Assembly (NCBI GenBank): GCA_014361445.1 | Contig: JACIVQ010000001.1 | Span: 10,174-74,173, forward strand | DNA: 64,000 bases | Direction of reading: 5' to 3' | Source of the DNA: Methanosuratincolales archaeon | GTDB lineage: Archaea; Thermoproteota; Methanomethylicia; Methanomethylicales; Methanomethylicaceae | In this document: piece by piece, positions 36,672 to 46,208 of the stretch | Layout: the number at the start of each line of letters is the position of its first letter | Numbering within the stretch: the first letter of the stretch is position 1 | The notes under the pieces: model-generated | Seen by the model: only the letters and a program-made list of their open reading frames with translations | The model's database searches: none | Told to the model about the DNA's origin: nothing | Program-made: the position numbers and the translations under genes

Positions 36672-37943
36672 TTATAGGTAGCGGTTAAAGGGTTTTTCCT
36701 TTCCATCCCTTACAATTTTTATTTTTGCTGGTTCAGTTTTTATTATCACCCTTCCAGATTTGACTACGAGTAGCCTAGGCGCCATGGTCCTTATCGCTTC
36801 AAGTTCACTGAAAGCATCCATCACCACTAGATCCGCATCTTTCCCTTCTTCCACCCCGTACCTCTCGGATATACCTAAGGCTCTGGCCGGATTGTATGTT
36901 ATCAGGTTCAAACTATCTAAGAGTTCCCTGTAACCTGTCAATTGCCCAACATGTACGCCCATAAATAGAGCATGAAGCATATCGCCATTTCCCAGAGGAT
37001 ACCATGGGTCCATTATGCAGTCGTGCCCTAATGCGACATTGATGCCGTGTTGCAATAGCTCCTTAATTCGGGTTAAACCCCTCCTTTTCGGATAAGTATC
37101 AAACCTCCCTTGGAGGTGAATGTTTATCAGCGGATTTGCTACGATCGTTATATCTGCTTTTTTTAACAAACCAAAGAGCTTGAAGGCATATGCATTATTG
37201 TAGGAGTGCATGGCTGTGGTGTGCCCTGCGGTCACTTTCCCTTGATATCCCTCTCGAATAGTTTGGGCGGCGACGACCTCAAGAAACCTTGACTGCTCAT
37301 CGTCCGTTTCGTCAACATGACCATCGACTTTCTTTCCGTATTTTTTGGCAAGCTTGAATGCCAGCTCAACTGATCTCACGCCGTCTTCTCTTGTATATTC
37401 TATATGGGGTATTATTCCTACATTGTCAGCGCCTAACTCTAAAGCCCTTTCTAACAATTCTTGGTTGCCTGGATCTGTGAGGATGCCGTCCTGTGGGAAT
37501 GCCGTGACCTCTAGATCGATTATATCAGCACACTCTTTCTTAAGTTCTAATAATCCCTTGAGGGTTGAGAGGGTTGGCTCCGTCACGTCTGCATGAGTCC
37601 TAACCCTTGTAGTCCCATTGGAGGCTATAAGCTCAAGAGCCCTCATGGCTCTAGCCTTCATCTCGTCAATATTCAGTTTTTTCTTATACTCCCCCCAGAT
37701 GGCTATGCCTTCCAGAAGCGTTCCACTCTCATTGTATCTTGGAGTACCAAGTGTTAGTACAGAATCGAGATGTATGTGCATGTCTGTGAATGTTGGAAGA
37801 ACCAACCTACCCCCAGCATCAAACTCTTCATTCCCCCTTTCTTTGATCTCTTTTTTAATTGTTGTAATTTTGCCTTCGCTGACGCCTATGTCGACGGTTC
37901 CGTCCTTCCCCATCAGTTTTGCTCTCCTAATAATAAGGTCCAT
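36672..37943 (-). CDS. codA: Cytosine deaminase (bacterial-type amidohydrolase)
   Basis: DMHIHLD, SGTLLEGI, RTHADV, AFPQDG, HVDETDDEQSRF, HTTAMHSYNNAY, NIHLQGRFDTYPKRRG, GHDCIMDPWY. Confidence 0.95.
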   Translation of the reverse strand: MDLIIRRAKLMGKDGTVDIGVSEGKITTIKKEIKERGNEEFDAGGRLVLPTFTDMHIHLDSVLTLGTPRYNESGTLLEGIAIWGEYKKKLNIDEMKARAMRALELIASNGTTRVRTHADVTEPTLSTLKGLLELKKECADIIDLEVTAFPQDGILTDPGNQELLERALELGADNVGIIPHIEYTREDGVRSVELAFKLAKKYGKKVDGHVDETDDEQSRFLEVVAAQTIREGYQGKVTAGHTTAMHSYNNAYAFKLFGLLKKADITIVANPLINIHLQGRFDTYPKRRGLTRIKELLQHGINVALGHDCIMDPWYPLGNGDMLHALFMGVHVGQLTGYRELLDSLNLITYNPARALGISERYGVEEGKDADLVVMDAFSELEAIRTMAPRLLVVKSGRVIIKTEPAKIKIVRDGKEKPFNRYL

Positions 37944-38042
37944 TTACTCACCTCTTCCTATATATTTTAAATAAACTATCATATAACCTTTAATTTTTTA
38001 GGCAACATATATATATTTCTTTTATTATTTAAGTAGAATTAG

Positions 38043-39479
38043 GTGCTTTGTATGAGTAGTTCAGGGATAAGCCCAGAACTTTTCCCTACCAAGCCTGAAC
38101 AGAGGATCGTCGGAACTGTCGGTTATACTCTTATGATACTCTCCATGACTATCACAACCTCCATATTCTTCTTGGGCTGGATCTCTCAAGTGCTCGGCCT
38201 CTCATTAGCCCAGACCATGGTTGCCGCTCTAATTGGCAATGGCGTTGTCGCGGCGGTCATGTATCTAAATGGTTATGTAGGCGTTAAAGAAGGCATCCCG
38301 TTTCCAATTCAACTGAGAACCGCCTTCGGAACGAAGGGATCAATCCTTCCCATGGTAGTGCGAATGATAGTCTCCCTCTTCTGGTATGGTATTGATGGTT
38401 TCATAGCAGCATGGGCAATGACTGAAATGGCTCTTATTGTGGCAGGTTGGCCAGCAGATAGAATAATAAGCGAGGGTCTGGCCTACACCCCCATAACCTT
38501 TGTCTTGTATTTGATAGCCGTAGCCGCCATAGGTACTGGGAAAATTAAGTCGATAAAATGGATCGATTCCATTGCCGGTCCTCTCCTGTTTATCTTCTTC
38601 GCCTGGTTTGTTATCTACATGACTGGGATACCCGAGTTCTCAGGGAAGGTTATACCCATATGGGAGGGCGGCGCCCCATGGTTCGGGTCAGAGTTCTTTT
38701 GGGCTACGGCTATTCAGACGGCATGGTGGGGTACTATCGCCCTAAACGTCTCAGACATCTGCCGCTACAACAAATCAGTAAAATCTTTGCCTGTCGGCCA
38801 CGTGGTAGGACTCATAATACCCCAAATAGTCGGCTCTGCAATAGGCTTCACTGCCACATACCTGGCTGGCGGGAACCTCAGCCCAATAGATATAATCGCA
38901 AAATATTCGCCGATGCCTGCTTTGGGGGCGCTCGGTTTATTCTTTGCCTTCTTGGCTACATCCACCACCAACCTTACAGGCGACATACCTGCAACTACAA
39001 ATGCAGTTATAAGAGTCTTCAGGCTTAGCTGGAACAAAGCGCTCATAATAGCTACAATCATCGCATTCTTCATAGGTCCATGGTGGTATGTCCAAAATTC
39101 CATAGGCATGGCGTACCAACTTCTCAACTTCAACTGGTACTACAGTATGTTCTTGGGTCCGATAGCCGGGGTGATGGTGGTTGACTACTGGGTTGTTAGG
39201 AAAAAGAGAATAATTGTTGAGGAATTATACAAGGAACAAGGTATCTACTATTATAGAGGCGGAGTTCTCTGGGCTGGCGTTGGCTCATTCATACTTGGAA
39301 TTGTAGGTGAATATATTGCAAGCCTCTTCCAAGGTGGTTTCTACTACGCCTTTGGGATTCCATTACCTGGACTAGAGCTTGCATGGTACTACGGTTTCAT
39401 CATATCAGGCGTAATTTACTACATATGGGCTACTGTGAATAAAAGTGAAGTTCTGGTGGAGAACAAGCTCCACCAATAA
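38043..39479 (+). CDS. NCS1-family nucleobase (cytosine/uracil/allantoin) permease
   Basis: GIPFPIQLRTAFG..G, WYGI, NVSDICRY, LGPIAGVMVVDYW; about 12 TM. Confidence 0.92.
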   Translation: MLCMSSSGISPELFPTKPEQRIVGTVGYTLMILSMTITTSIFFLGWISQVLGLSLAQTMVAALIGNGVVAAVMYLNGYVGVKEGIPFPIQLRTAFGTKGSILPMVVRMIVSLFWYGIDGFIAAWAMTEMALIVAGWPADRIISEGLAYTPITFVLYLIAVAAIGTGKIKSIKWIDSIAGPLLFIFFAWFVIYMTGIPEFSGKVIPIWEGGAPWFGSEFFWATAIQTAWWGTIALNVSDICRYNKSVKSLPVGHVVGLIIPQIVGSAIGFTATYLAGGNLSPIDIIAKYSPMPALGALGLFFAFLATSTTNLTGDIPATTNAVIRVFRLSWNKALIIATIIAFFIGPWWYVQNSIGMAYQLLNFNWYYSMFLGPIAGVMVVDYWVVRKKRIIVEELYKEQGIYYYRGGVLWAGVGSFILGIVGEYIASLFQGGFYYAFGIPLPGLELAWYYGFIISGVIYYIWATVNKSEVLVENKLHQ

Positions 39480-39850
39480 TCTATTTTTTTATTTTGAGTG
39501 GTGAAAACAAAAATAAAATTAAAATACCACTCACGCAATTCATAACTAACAGTTTGACACTCTAGCTTCCACTTCTATCCCCAACCCCTCTCCTTTCCTA
39601 TTCCATTTCCACTCCTACTTCCACTCCTAATATGACCACGACTCTAATACAAATCACACTTAATTCAAATCATTATCTCATAGAGCGCTCACTCTTATTG
39701 TCACCATTTATCCTGTAACTTATACTCATAATCATACCTGCATTAGTGTCCATGCCAGCGTTTGCATAAATGTTTACCCTCGTCAAGGAACCTCCGCGTG
39801 AGGAAGAAAAGTAAGAGGGCGGCGGACATATATAGAAGGCCAGCGGGCTG

Positions 39851-39885
39851 TGAACCATCGCCTTGAAGGCGCGGAAGAGGAACAG
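39851..39885 (+). mobile_element. Degenerate IS605/IS1341 (tnpB) right-end-like remnant
   Basis: TGAACCATCGCCTTGAAGGCGCGGAAGAGGAACAG resembles the recalled archaeal tnpB end GGAACCCTCGCCCTTTAGGGCGGGGAGGAGGTCAG. Confidence 0.4.
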
Positions 39886-39916
39886 TAGGGGATCATTATG
39901 AAGGCGCCGAGGGGGC

Positions 39917-40270
39917 TTACGTGTTCCCGAAGATCAGGGCGGAGAGAGTGGAGCGTCTCGTAATCGGCAATTTGAAAACGCGAATATCGAGGGTATGGGG
40001 AGCAAGAGTATCAGGAAGATCGCTGTGGCCATCCTCCCGCCCTCGAGGGGCATGTTCTGGTATAGGGGCAGGGTCGCCTCGGGGTATAGAGCGCCTATGG
40101 CGTATGTGATCGCGCGGTCTATGAACAGTGCCAAGAGGAACGTAATTCCGGAGCGCATGCCCCCAAACCTTCAACCAACCGTTCCGACCCGTAAGATCAC
40201 CCAAAGAGGTTCGTGGCTTTAGCCGCGAGGGGCTTCTACCGTGCCCATCCACTATATTTTTTCCATTCAA
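39917..40270 (-). pseudogene. Fragmented membrane-protein gene remnant
   Basis: Hydrophobic fragment (39934..40158) out of frame with the upstream start; palindromic remnant at about 40209-40237. Confidence 0.35.
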
Positions 40271-40356
40271 TTTTATAAACTCGTCATATTATGAGAGTAG
40301 ATTGGAGGAGAAAATGAGGGGCACGAAACATAAGATCGATACAGGGGTGTGCCAGC

Positions 40357-41222
40357 GTGGGCATAATCTATGAGAACCTTAGAAAGGTAGGTTTTGGAGG
40401 GCATAGGTGGTGCGAGATTTACGAGTTTATTGACACGGGCTGCGCCGCTGGCTGCACTTTTATGGTAGAGATAACTTTGAAGTGGAAAGAGCCCATCACG
40501 GACAAGGAGAGGGCGGAAGAGATTAGATCTCTCAGAGAGGGAATAAGCGAGCTGGAGGGAAGGCTCGTCGATCTTAAGTCGATAGTTAAGCCCGACTTCA
40601 AAGCCCTTCAGAGAGCCGTATCCTCAACGAAGACCGGAACCCGCGAGCACGAAGAGGCCCTTCGAAAGCTTAAGGGGGCGCACAGGCGATGGGCGGAGCT
40701 CAAACGGATGATCCAAGAAAACCAGCAAATAAAAAACAGGTCGAGGGGATGAGGGCGAGGCTTAACATGCTTGAGGGGGGCTCGGAAGCCCTCAAAACGA
40801 GAGGCAAACATCTAATCACGAGGTGCTTCTTCTGGGAGGATGGGGAGGACGAGGAAGCCATTAATGATTTTGTGGAAAGGTTCATCAGCGATGTGGAATT
40901 CCGGCGGCAGAGCATCGAGGGCAACGCCGACTGGTGCCACATCAACAGGATCTACGAGGCGGCTGAGGAAGTGGTCTGGAGGTTCTACTCCAATCTCCCA
41001 CACTTCCTCGGATATACTTTAGGTGATAGGAAGACCGAAAAGGAACACAGGGAAGCCTACGCCAAATTCGAGATGTACTGCAAAAGTGTTTATAAGTACA
41101 TCAAACAGAACATAAACGCCTTAATGGGAAATCCGGATTACCAAGAAGCCCTCCTCTGTGGAAGGAATGGCCTTGAGCGATTCGTCAAAGAACACATCCT
41201 GCCAAAGGTCGAGAGAATGTGA
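40357..41222 (+). pseudogene. Hypothetical coiled-coil protein split by a -1 frameshift
   Basis: ORFs 40357..40752 and 40689..41222 join into a continuous coiled coil through A-AAA-AAC at 40731-40737. Confidence 0.55.
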
Positions 41223-41320
41223 GCTACTCCATGACTCAGGCTTATAGCCGTGGGTTTTCCGCTAAAAATGGGAGAGAACGCAGCCACAACCGTAATAGGC
41301 TGATCAGAAAGGTTGGCTAT

Positions 41321-41578
41321 ATGAAATATACAAAGCAAGCGAAAACCAGAGCAGCTGAAAGGGGTATAACTGAGGACATGATTTTGGAGGCGATATTGCA
41401 ACCGTCCCAGACATATTATGACTTGAGCACTGGAGCAACAATAGCCTTCAAGAAGCTTAATGGAAAGCATCTTTTAGTAGCATACTCTAGAGAGGATAAG
41501 GAAATCAGGATTGTGACAACTTTTATAACATCAAATGCCGAAGAAATAATTGACAGAAAACCGAAGAGCAAAACATGA
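41321..41578 (+). CDS. DUF4258 (RelE/BrnT-like) toxin, possibly degenerate
   Basis: YTKQAKTRAAERGITEDMILEAILQP...IRIVTTF; paired with DUF2283. Confidence 0.75.
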   Translation: MKYTKQAKTRAAERGITEDMILEAILQPSQTYYDLSTGATIAFKKLNGKHLLVAYSREDKEIRIVTTFITSNAEEIIDRKPKSKT

Positions 41579-41589
41579 GTGAGGATTAA

Positions 41590-41811
41590 GTGAAAGTGGA
41601 ATATGACAGAGAATCAGACATACTATACATAAAGTTCAAAGAGACGGAAATAGCAGACACCAAAATGTTAAGCGAAGACGCCTACATAGACCTGGACAAA
41701 GATGGAAACCTCGTTGGCATAGAAATATGGAAAGCCTCCCAAAACGCCATACTCCCAATATCTAAGGACATAGCCGAAAAACTAAAACTGATTTTGGAAA
41801 GCCCAGCCTAA
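41590..41811 (+). CDS. DUF2283 antitoxin-like protein
   Basis: MKVEYDRESDILYIKF...IDLDKDGNLVGIEIWKAS. Confidence 0.9.
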   Translation: MKVEYDRESDILYIKFKETEIADTKMLSEDAYIDLDKDGNLVGIEIWKASQNAILPISKDIAEKLKLILESPA

Positions 41812-41985
41812 AGCAAAATAAAAAGCTTTCCTAGCTCTGGTTAAATATTTTCGAAATTTTAACTTAATACCGGTGTATTTATCCCCATCTTAGCTCATAT
41901 TTCATGTAAGTCAATGCTCAGCAAGTAATGAAGAGCCTTCTCTTAAGAGTGGACTGATCTATCTCCAGCCCAGGGGCGGCGCACA

Positions 41986-42819
41986 TCAACCATAATTTTT
42001 TAAGTTTCTACCGCTCGGCACTCCCAGGTTTTTTCTAAAACCCTCTGGTTCACATATCCCTGGTGTTCGAAATAAATTGTCTAATCTCTTGGCTTCTTCG
42101 ATAAATATTCTTCTCGCATCGTCCGAGAACTTGTTTCTCCTCTGGATCTCCTCAATAGCCTGGATGTTCCCCTCTATCAGCCTCAAAACCGCTAATGTCC
42201 TCTTAAAACTGTATGTAGTGAATGGGCTCTCCTTTTCCTCGAAACCGAGCCTTTTCAGGGCACCTTTCAAGGATAAATATGCGAAGTGGTGAAGTACTTG
42301 AAAGGTGGCCATGGCCCTGTCATGCTCCTCTGCGCTACATTCAACCACACTCATCCCACATGTCAAAAGCAGTTCTCTAAACTTATCCATCCAGCACCTA
42401 ACACGTACAGGAACTATTACAACGTTCTTAATGCCCACCCTATGCGATGCAAAGAGGGGGTGGATGCTGACATACTCCAACCGTTCGGGCAGGAGACGTG
42501 TGACCTCCTCCACAATACCACACTTAACAGAGGAGATGTCCACAAAGAGGGCCCCATCTCTCATATGTTGAGATGCCTCCCCTGCGAGTTCTGGGAGCGA
42601 TGTGGGCGGAACCGCTGCTATCAGGATATCGCTCTGTAGCATACATATATCAATGTCAGCAACCCTTACCCCTACGATTTTTGCAACCCTAGCGGCCCGC
42701 CTAAATGACCTGCCACAGAGGGTCACTTCTGTAGACTTCTTCAATAGGCGGGCCATGCACCTGCCCATCCTCCCTGTCCCGACTATGCCAACCTTGAGTA
42801 GCTCCCTAGAACCTTCAAT
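41986..42819 (-). CDS. tyrA: Prephenate dehydrogenase
   Basis: LKVGIVGTGRMG Rossmann motif (upstream of the first ATG at 42768), DISSVK, SIHPLF, EEHDRAMA..QVL.H; start proposed at ATT 42819. Confidence 0.85.
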   Translation of the reverse strand: MEGSRELLKVGIVGTGRMGRCMARLLKKSTEVTLCGRSFRRAARVAKIVGVRVADIDICMLQSDILIAAVPPTSLPELAGEASQHMRDGALFVDISSVKCGIVEEVTRLLPERLEYVSIHPLFASHRVGIKNVVIVPVRVRCWMDKFRELLLTCGMSVVECSAEEHDRAMATFQVLHHFAYLSLKGALKRLGFEEKESPFTTYSFKRTLAVLRLIEGNIQAIEEIQRRNKFSDDARRIFIEEAKRLDNLFRTPGICEPEGFRKNLGVPSGRNLKNYG

Positions 42820-43853
42820 GATTTTGATTTCCTCCTTGCATTTTCTATAACCCTAAGGCGACTTTCTCCACCGATACCACCCTCAAACTCCATGTAAAAG
42901 AAGTACTCCCACGGTCTCCCCATAATCGGTCTCGAAAGGATCATGGTGATATTTATCCCCGCCTCGGCGAAATCTGAAAGAACCCGAGAGAGGGCACCTG
43001 GTACATTATCAAGAAAGAATATTACTGCAGTCTTCTCCCCTTCAGCCTTTGATCTCTCCCGGCTCAGGATCGCGAATCTTGTATAGTTTTTGGGCGAGTC
43101 CTCAATATTCATGGCCATAATCCTTAACCCATTCAACTCCGCGGCCGTCTTACTCCCAATGGCAGCCCCTTTTGTATCCCTTGATACAAGCTCTGCTGCC
43201 CTTGCCGTAGATTCGGTAACAACGACCTCTGCATTGCTTAGATACCTTGATATATAACCCTCGCACTGTGCTAAGGCTTGTGGGTGTGAATAGAGGCGCT
43301 CCACATCACATAAGGAGGAGATCCTAGGGTTCACCATCAAGTTCTGGTTTATCCTGAGCAGTACCTCGCCCACTATGTATAATGGATACTCCATTAGGCA
43401 GTCCAGTGTTTCATTCACAGAACCCTCAATGGAGTTCTCGAGTGGAACAACGCCCAAATCCGCCTCCTCATTGTCGACGCTGCGGAAGATTTCCATGATC
43501 CTTCTGCATGGGGCGTACCTATTAGAAGATCCGAGAATTGTTGCAGCCTCATGGGAAAAACTCCCCTCAGGTCCCAAGTAGGCCACAGAGAGCGACCTCT
43601 GGGCATTTCTACACATGGAGATTATCTCCCTGAAGACCCTCTCCACACCCTTTGCAGGTGCGAGGGCTGCGGCCGCATGGGCGCTTTCTACAACCTCCCT
43701 CTCGCGCCCTGGGTCGAAGACTGGCATATCCGCTTCAGATTTTATTATGGCGATTTCCTTGCAGAGCTTTATCCTTTCGTCGATGAGCCTGACGATCTCT
43801 CTATCGATCTCTTCGATCTTTTTTCTAACTTCCCTTAGACCCATCCTCCTCAC
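42783..43853 (-). CDS. pheA: Chorismate mutase / prephenate dehydratase
   Basis: LREVRKKIEEID..R...K (AroQ), YLGPEGSFSHEAA, ENSIEGSV, SHPQALAQC, NYTRF, C-terminal ACT. Confidence 0.95.
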   Translation of the reverse strand: MRRMGLREVRKKIEEIDREIVRLIDERIKLCKEIAIIKSEADMPVFDPGREREVVESAHAAAALAPAKGVERVFREIISMCRNAQRSLSVAYLGPEGSFSHEAATILGSSNRYAPCRRIMEIFRSVDNEEADLGVVPLENSIEGSVNETLDCLMEYPLYIVGEVLLRINQNLMVNPRISSLCDVERLYSHPQALAQCEGYISRYLSNAEVVVTESTARAAELVSRDTKGAAIGSKTAAELNGLRIMAMNIEDSPKNYTRFAILSRERSKAEGEKTAVIFFLDNVPGALSRVLSDFAEAGINITMILSRPIMGRPWEYFFYMEFEGGIGGESRLRVIENARRKSKSLKVLGSYSRLA

Positions 43854-44940
43854 CCATCACCTTTGGGATCATTTTTGCCATAATCATAAGATCCAAAAGG
43901 CAGAAAGCCGTAACGCACTCTACAACAGGGACGGCCCTGATCGCTACACATGGATCATGCCTCCCTACGACCTCGATCTCTGTCTCTTCCATAGTCCTCA
44001 GGTCGACGCTCCTCTGCCTCTTTTTTATTGAGGGCGTGGGCTTTATCCCTACCCTGAAGATCAAAGGCATGCCGTTTGTGATCCCCCCAAGAACCCCTCC
44101 TGAATGGTTCGTCTTTGTAACTACCCTCCCATTTTGAAGATAGAGTTCATCATTAGACTGGGATCCCCTCATGCTACATAAACCAAATCCTGATCCAAAC
44201 TCAACGGCTTTAACCCCAGGTATGCTAAATAGAGCATGGGCAAGTACACCCTCTACAGGGTCGAAGATTGGCTCTCCGAGACCGACCGGTAGACCTGAAA
44301 CTCTACATTCAATCACCCCTCCAGTCGAATCCCCCTCCTCTATGAGTTTCCTTATCTCGGATACCATAAGCTCTGAGGCCGTCCTGTCAGCACAATAGAC
44401 AGGACTGCCTGCAACATTCTCCAAAATCTCTTCATCAGATAGACCTTCCCTTGCCTTGATCCCGTTTATTTGTATCATATGTGCCAAGATCCTAACACCC
44501 ATTTTAGCTAGGACTTTTTTGGCAATACTCCCAGCCATAACAAACCCTGCTGTCATCCTCCCTGAAAAGAACCCCCCGCCACGGTTGTCATTGTGTCCCC
44601 CATACTTCACAAAGGCTGTATAATCTGCATGACCAGGTCTCGGGATATAACGGTTCCTCTCATACCACGTAGAATCGAGATCCTTGTTGTGGATCAACAT
44701 TAGAATCGGCCCACCATTCGTCTTCCCATAGGAGACCCCGCTGAGGATATGAACGACATCATCCTCCCCCCTGCCGCTCACTAGACCTCTACCAGGTCTC
44801 CTCCTCTCGAGCTCGCACTGGATGTCCCTCTCTTCTAGTCGGAGGCCGGCTGGGCACCCATCCACGACCGCACCTATTACCTTCCCATGGGACTCCCCAA
44901 AGATAGTCACCCTAAACTCTTTACCAAAACTGAAGCCCAT
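43825..44940 (-). CDS. aroC: Chorismate synthase
   Basis: FGESHG, RRRPG, PRPGHAD, RGGG, IKPTPSI, GRHDPC. Confidence 0.96.
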   Translation of the reverse strand: MGFSFGKEFRVTIFGESHGKVIGAVVDGCPAGLRLEERDIQCELERRRPGRGLVSGRGEDDVVHILSGVSYGKTNGGPILMLIHNKDLDSTWYERNRYIPRPGHADYTAFVKYGGHNDNRGGGFFSGRMTAGFVMAGSIAKKVLAKMGVRILAHMIQINGIKAREGLSDEEILENVAGSPVYCADRTASELMVSEIRKLIEEGDSTGGVIECRVSGLPVGLGEPIFDPVEGVLAHALFSIPGVKAVEFGSGFGLCSMRGSQSNDELYLQNGRVVTKTNHSGGVLGGITNGMPLIFRVGIKPTPSIKKRQRSVDLRTMEETEIEVVGRHDPCVAIRAVPVVECVTAFCLLDLMIMAKMIPKVMGEEDGSKGS

Positions 44941-46208
44941 TAGAAGACCTCCACCGTTGCGCCAAGGGTCCTTAGATCATTAAAGAAAGAGGGGTAGCTC
45001 TTTGAGACGCACTCAGCATTTTGGATTATAGTCTCCCCTTGAGCTACGAGCGAGGCCACGGCCGAGGCCATGGCTATCCTATGGTCGTTACTCGGGTCTA
45101 TCACCGTCGCTCTTAGGGGGGTGCCACCCTGAATTACCATAAAGTCTTCATAAGCCTTGACCTCAACACCAAAAGCCCTCAGCATATTAGTAGTTGTCAA
45201 TACCCTGTCACTCTCCTTAAACCTAAGCCTCCTAATCCCTTTTATAATTGTGGTACCGCTTGCTTGGGATCCTAAGACCGCAGTTATTGGTACTAAATCC
45301 GGAACATCGCTCATATCCAAAACTAAACCATAGAGTTTAGATCTCTTAGCCCTCCAAGTCCTACCATGCATATAAACCTCGCCCCCCATCTGGCTGAAGA
45401 TCTCTATGACCTTCCTGTCTCCCTGTGTAGAGTTTGGCATCAATCCTTCGACGCCAACATTCCCAGCGAGGAGGCCGGCAGCGAGTAGGATAGCCCCTAA
45501 GGAGTAGTCGCCCTCCACCCTGAAATTACATGGGGTCAATCTTTGACCGCCTTTTATGTGGAAGACTCTATCTTCTCTAACGATAGTGGCACCGAAAGCC
45601 CTGAGCACCTCCATAGTCATATCAACATAATATTTCGAGGCTATTGGCGTTGTAATATTTAGGACCGTGTCTTTTTTTGCCTTTGTAGATGCTATCAGGA
45701 GTGCTGATATAAACTGTGAACTTATGTCCCCACGGAGATTCACCTCTCCACCCTCTATACCTCCCCCCATAACCACTACTGGAGGACAGCCGTCCCCTCT
45801 GGTGGAGTAGCAGGAGACACCCAACGAGTTGAGACACCTTAATAGTTCCCCCATAGGCCGCCTCCTTAAGGACCGGTCTCCCGTCAATACCGTTATACCA
45901 GGGGCGAGCGCTGATACCGCCGTGAAGATCCTAATCGCCGTAGCAGATCCCTTACAGTCTATGATGTCCTCAGGTGTCCTGAGTGACCCACCCTCTATAA
46001 CCCATTTGTCATAGCCCTCTTCTACACCAGCCCCGAGCATCTTGGCGGCATTAAGCGCCGCCCTTGCATCCTCACAATGAGAGGGATCGATTATCTCTGT
46101 CCTACCATCTGCAATGAGCGCGCATGCCACCGCCCTCTGCGTATAACTCTTCGAGGGCGGCGCTCTTACGCTACCGCTGACCTCATTCCCCTTAATCTTT
46201 ACATTCAT
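44940..46208 (-). CDS. aroA: EPSP synthase
   Basis: PPSKSYTQRA, SLRRRPM, SSQFISALL, EGDYS, LRFKESDR, DHRIAMA, KSYPSF. Confidence 0.96.
   Translation of the reverse strand: MNVKIKGNEVSGSVRAPPSKSYTQRAVACALIADGRTEIIDPSHCEDARAALNAAKMLGAGVEEGYDKWVIEGGSLRTPEDIIDCKGSATAIRIFTAVSALAPGITVLTGDRSLRRRPMGELLRCLNSLGVSCYSTRGDGCPPVVVMGGGIEGGEVNLRGDISSQFISALLIASTKAKKDTVLNITTPIASKYYVDMTMEVLRAFGATIVREDRVFHIKGGQRLTPCNFRVEGDYSLGAILLAAGLLAGNVGVEGLMPNSTQGDRKVIEIFSQMGGEVYMHGRTWRAKRSKLYGLVLDMSDVPDLVPITAVLGSQASGTTIIKGIRRLRFKESDRVLTTTNMLRAFGVEVKAYEDFMVIQGGTPLRATVIDPSNDHRIAMASAVASLVAQGETIIQNAECVSKSYPSFFNDLRTLGATVEVF

Noticed and set aside
41576-41593. Selenocysteine or programmed readthrough of the toxin TGA
   Set aside because: No SECIS-like element seen, and a Trp-to-stop mutation is simpler
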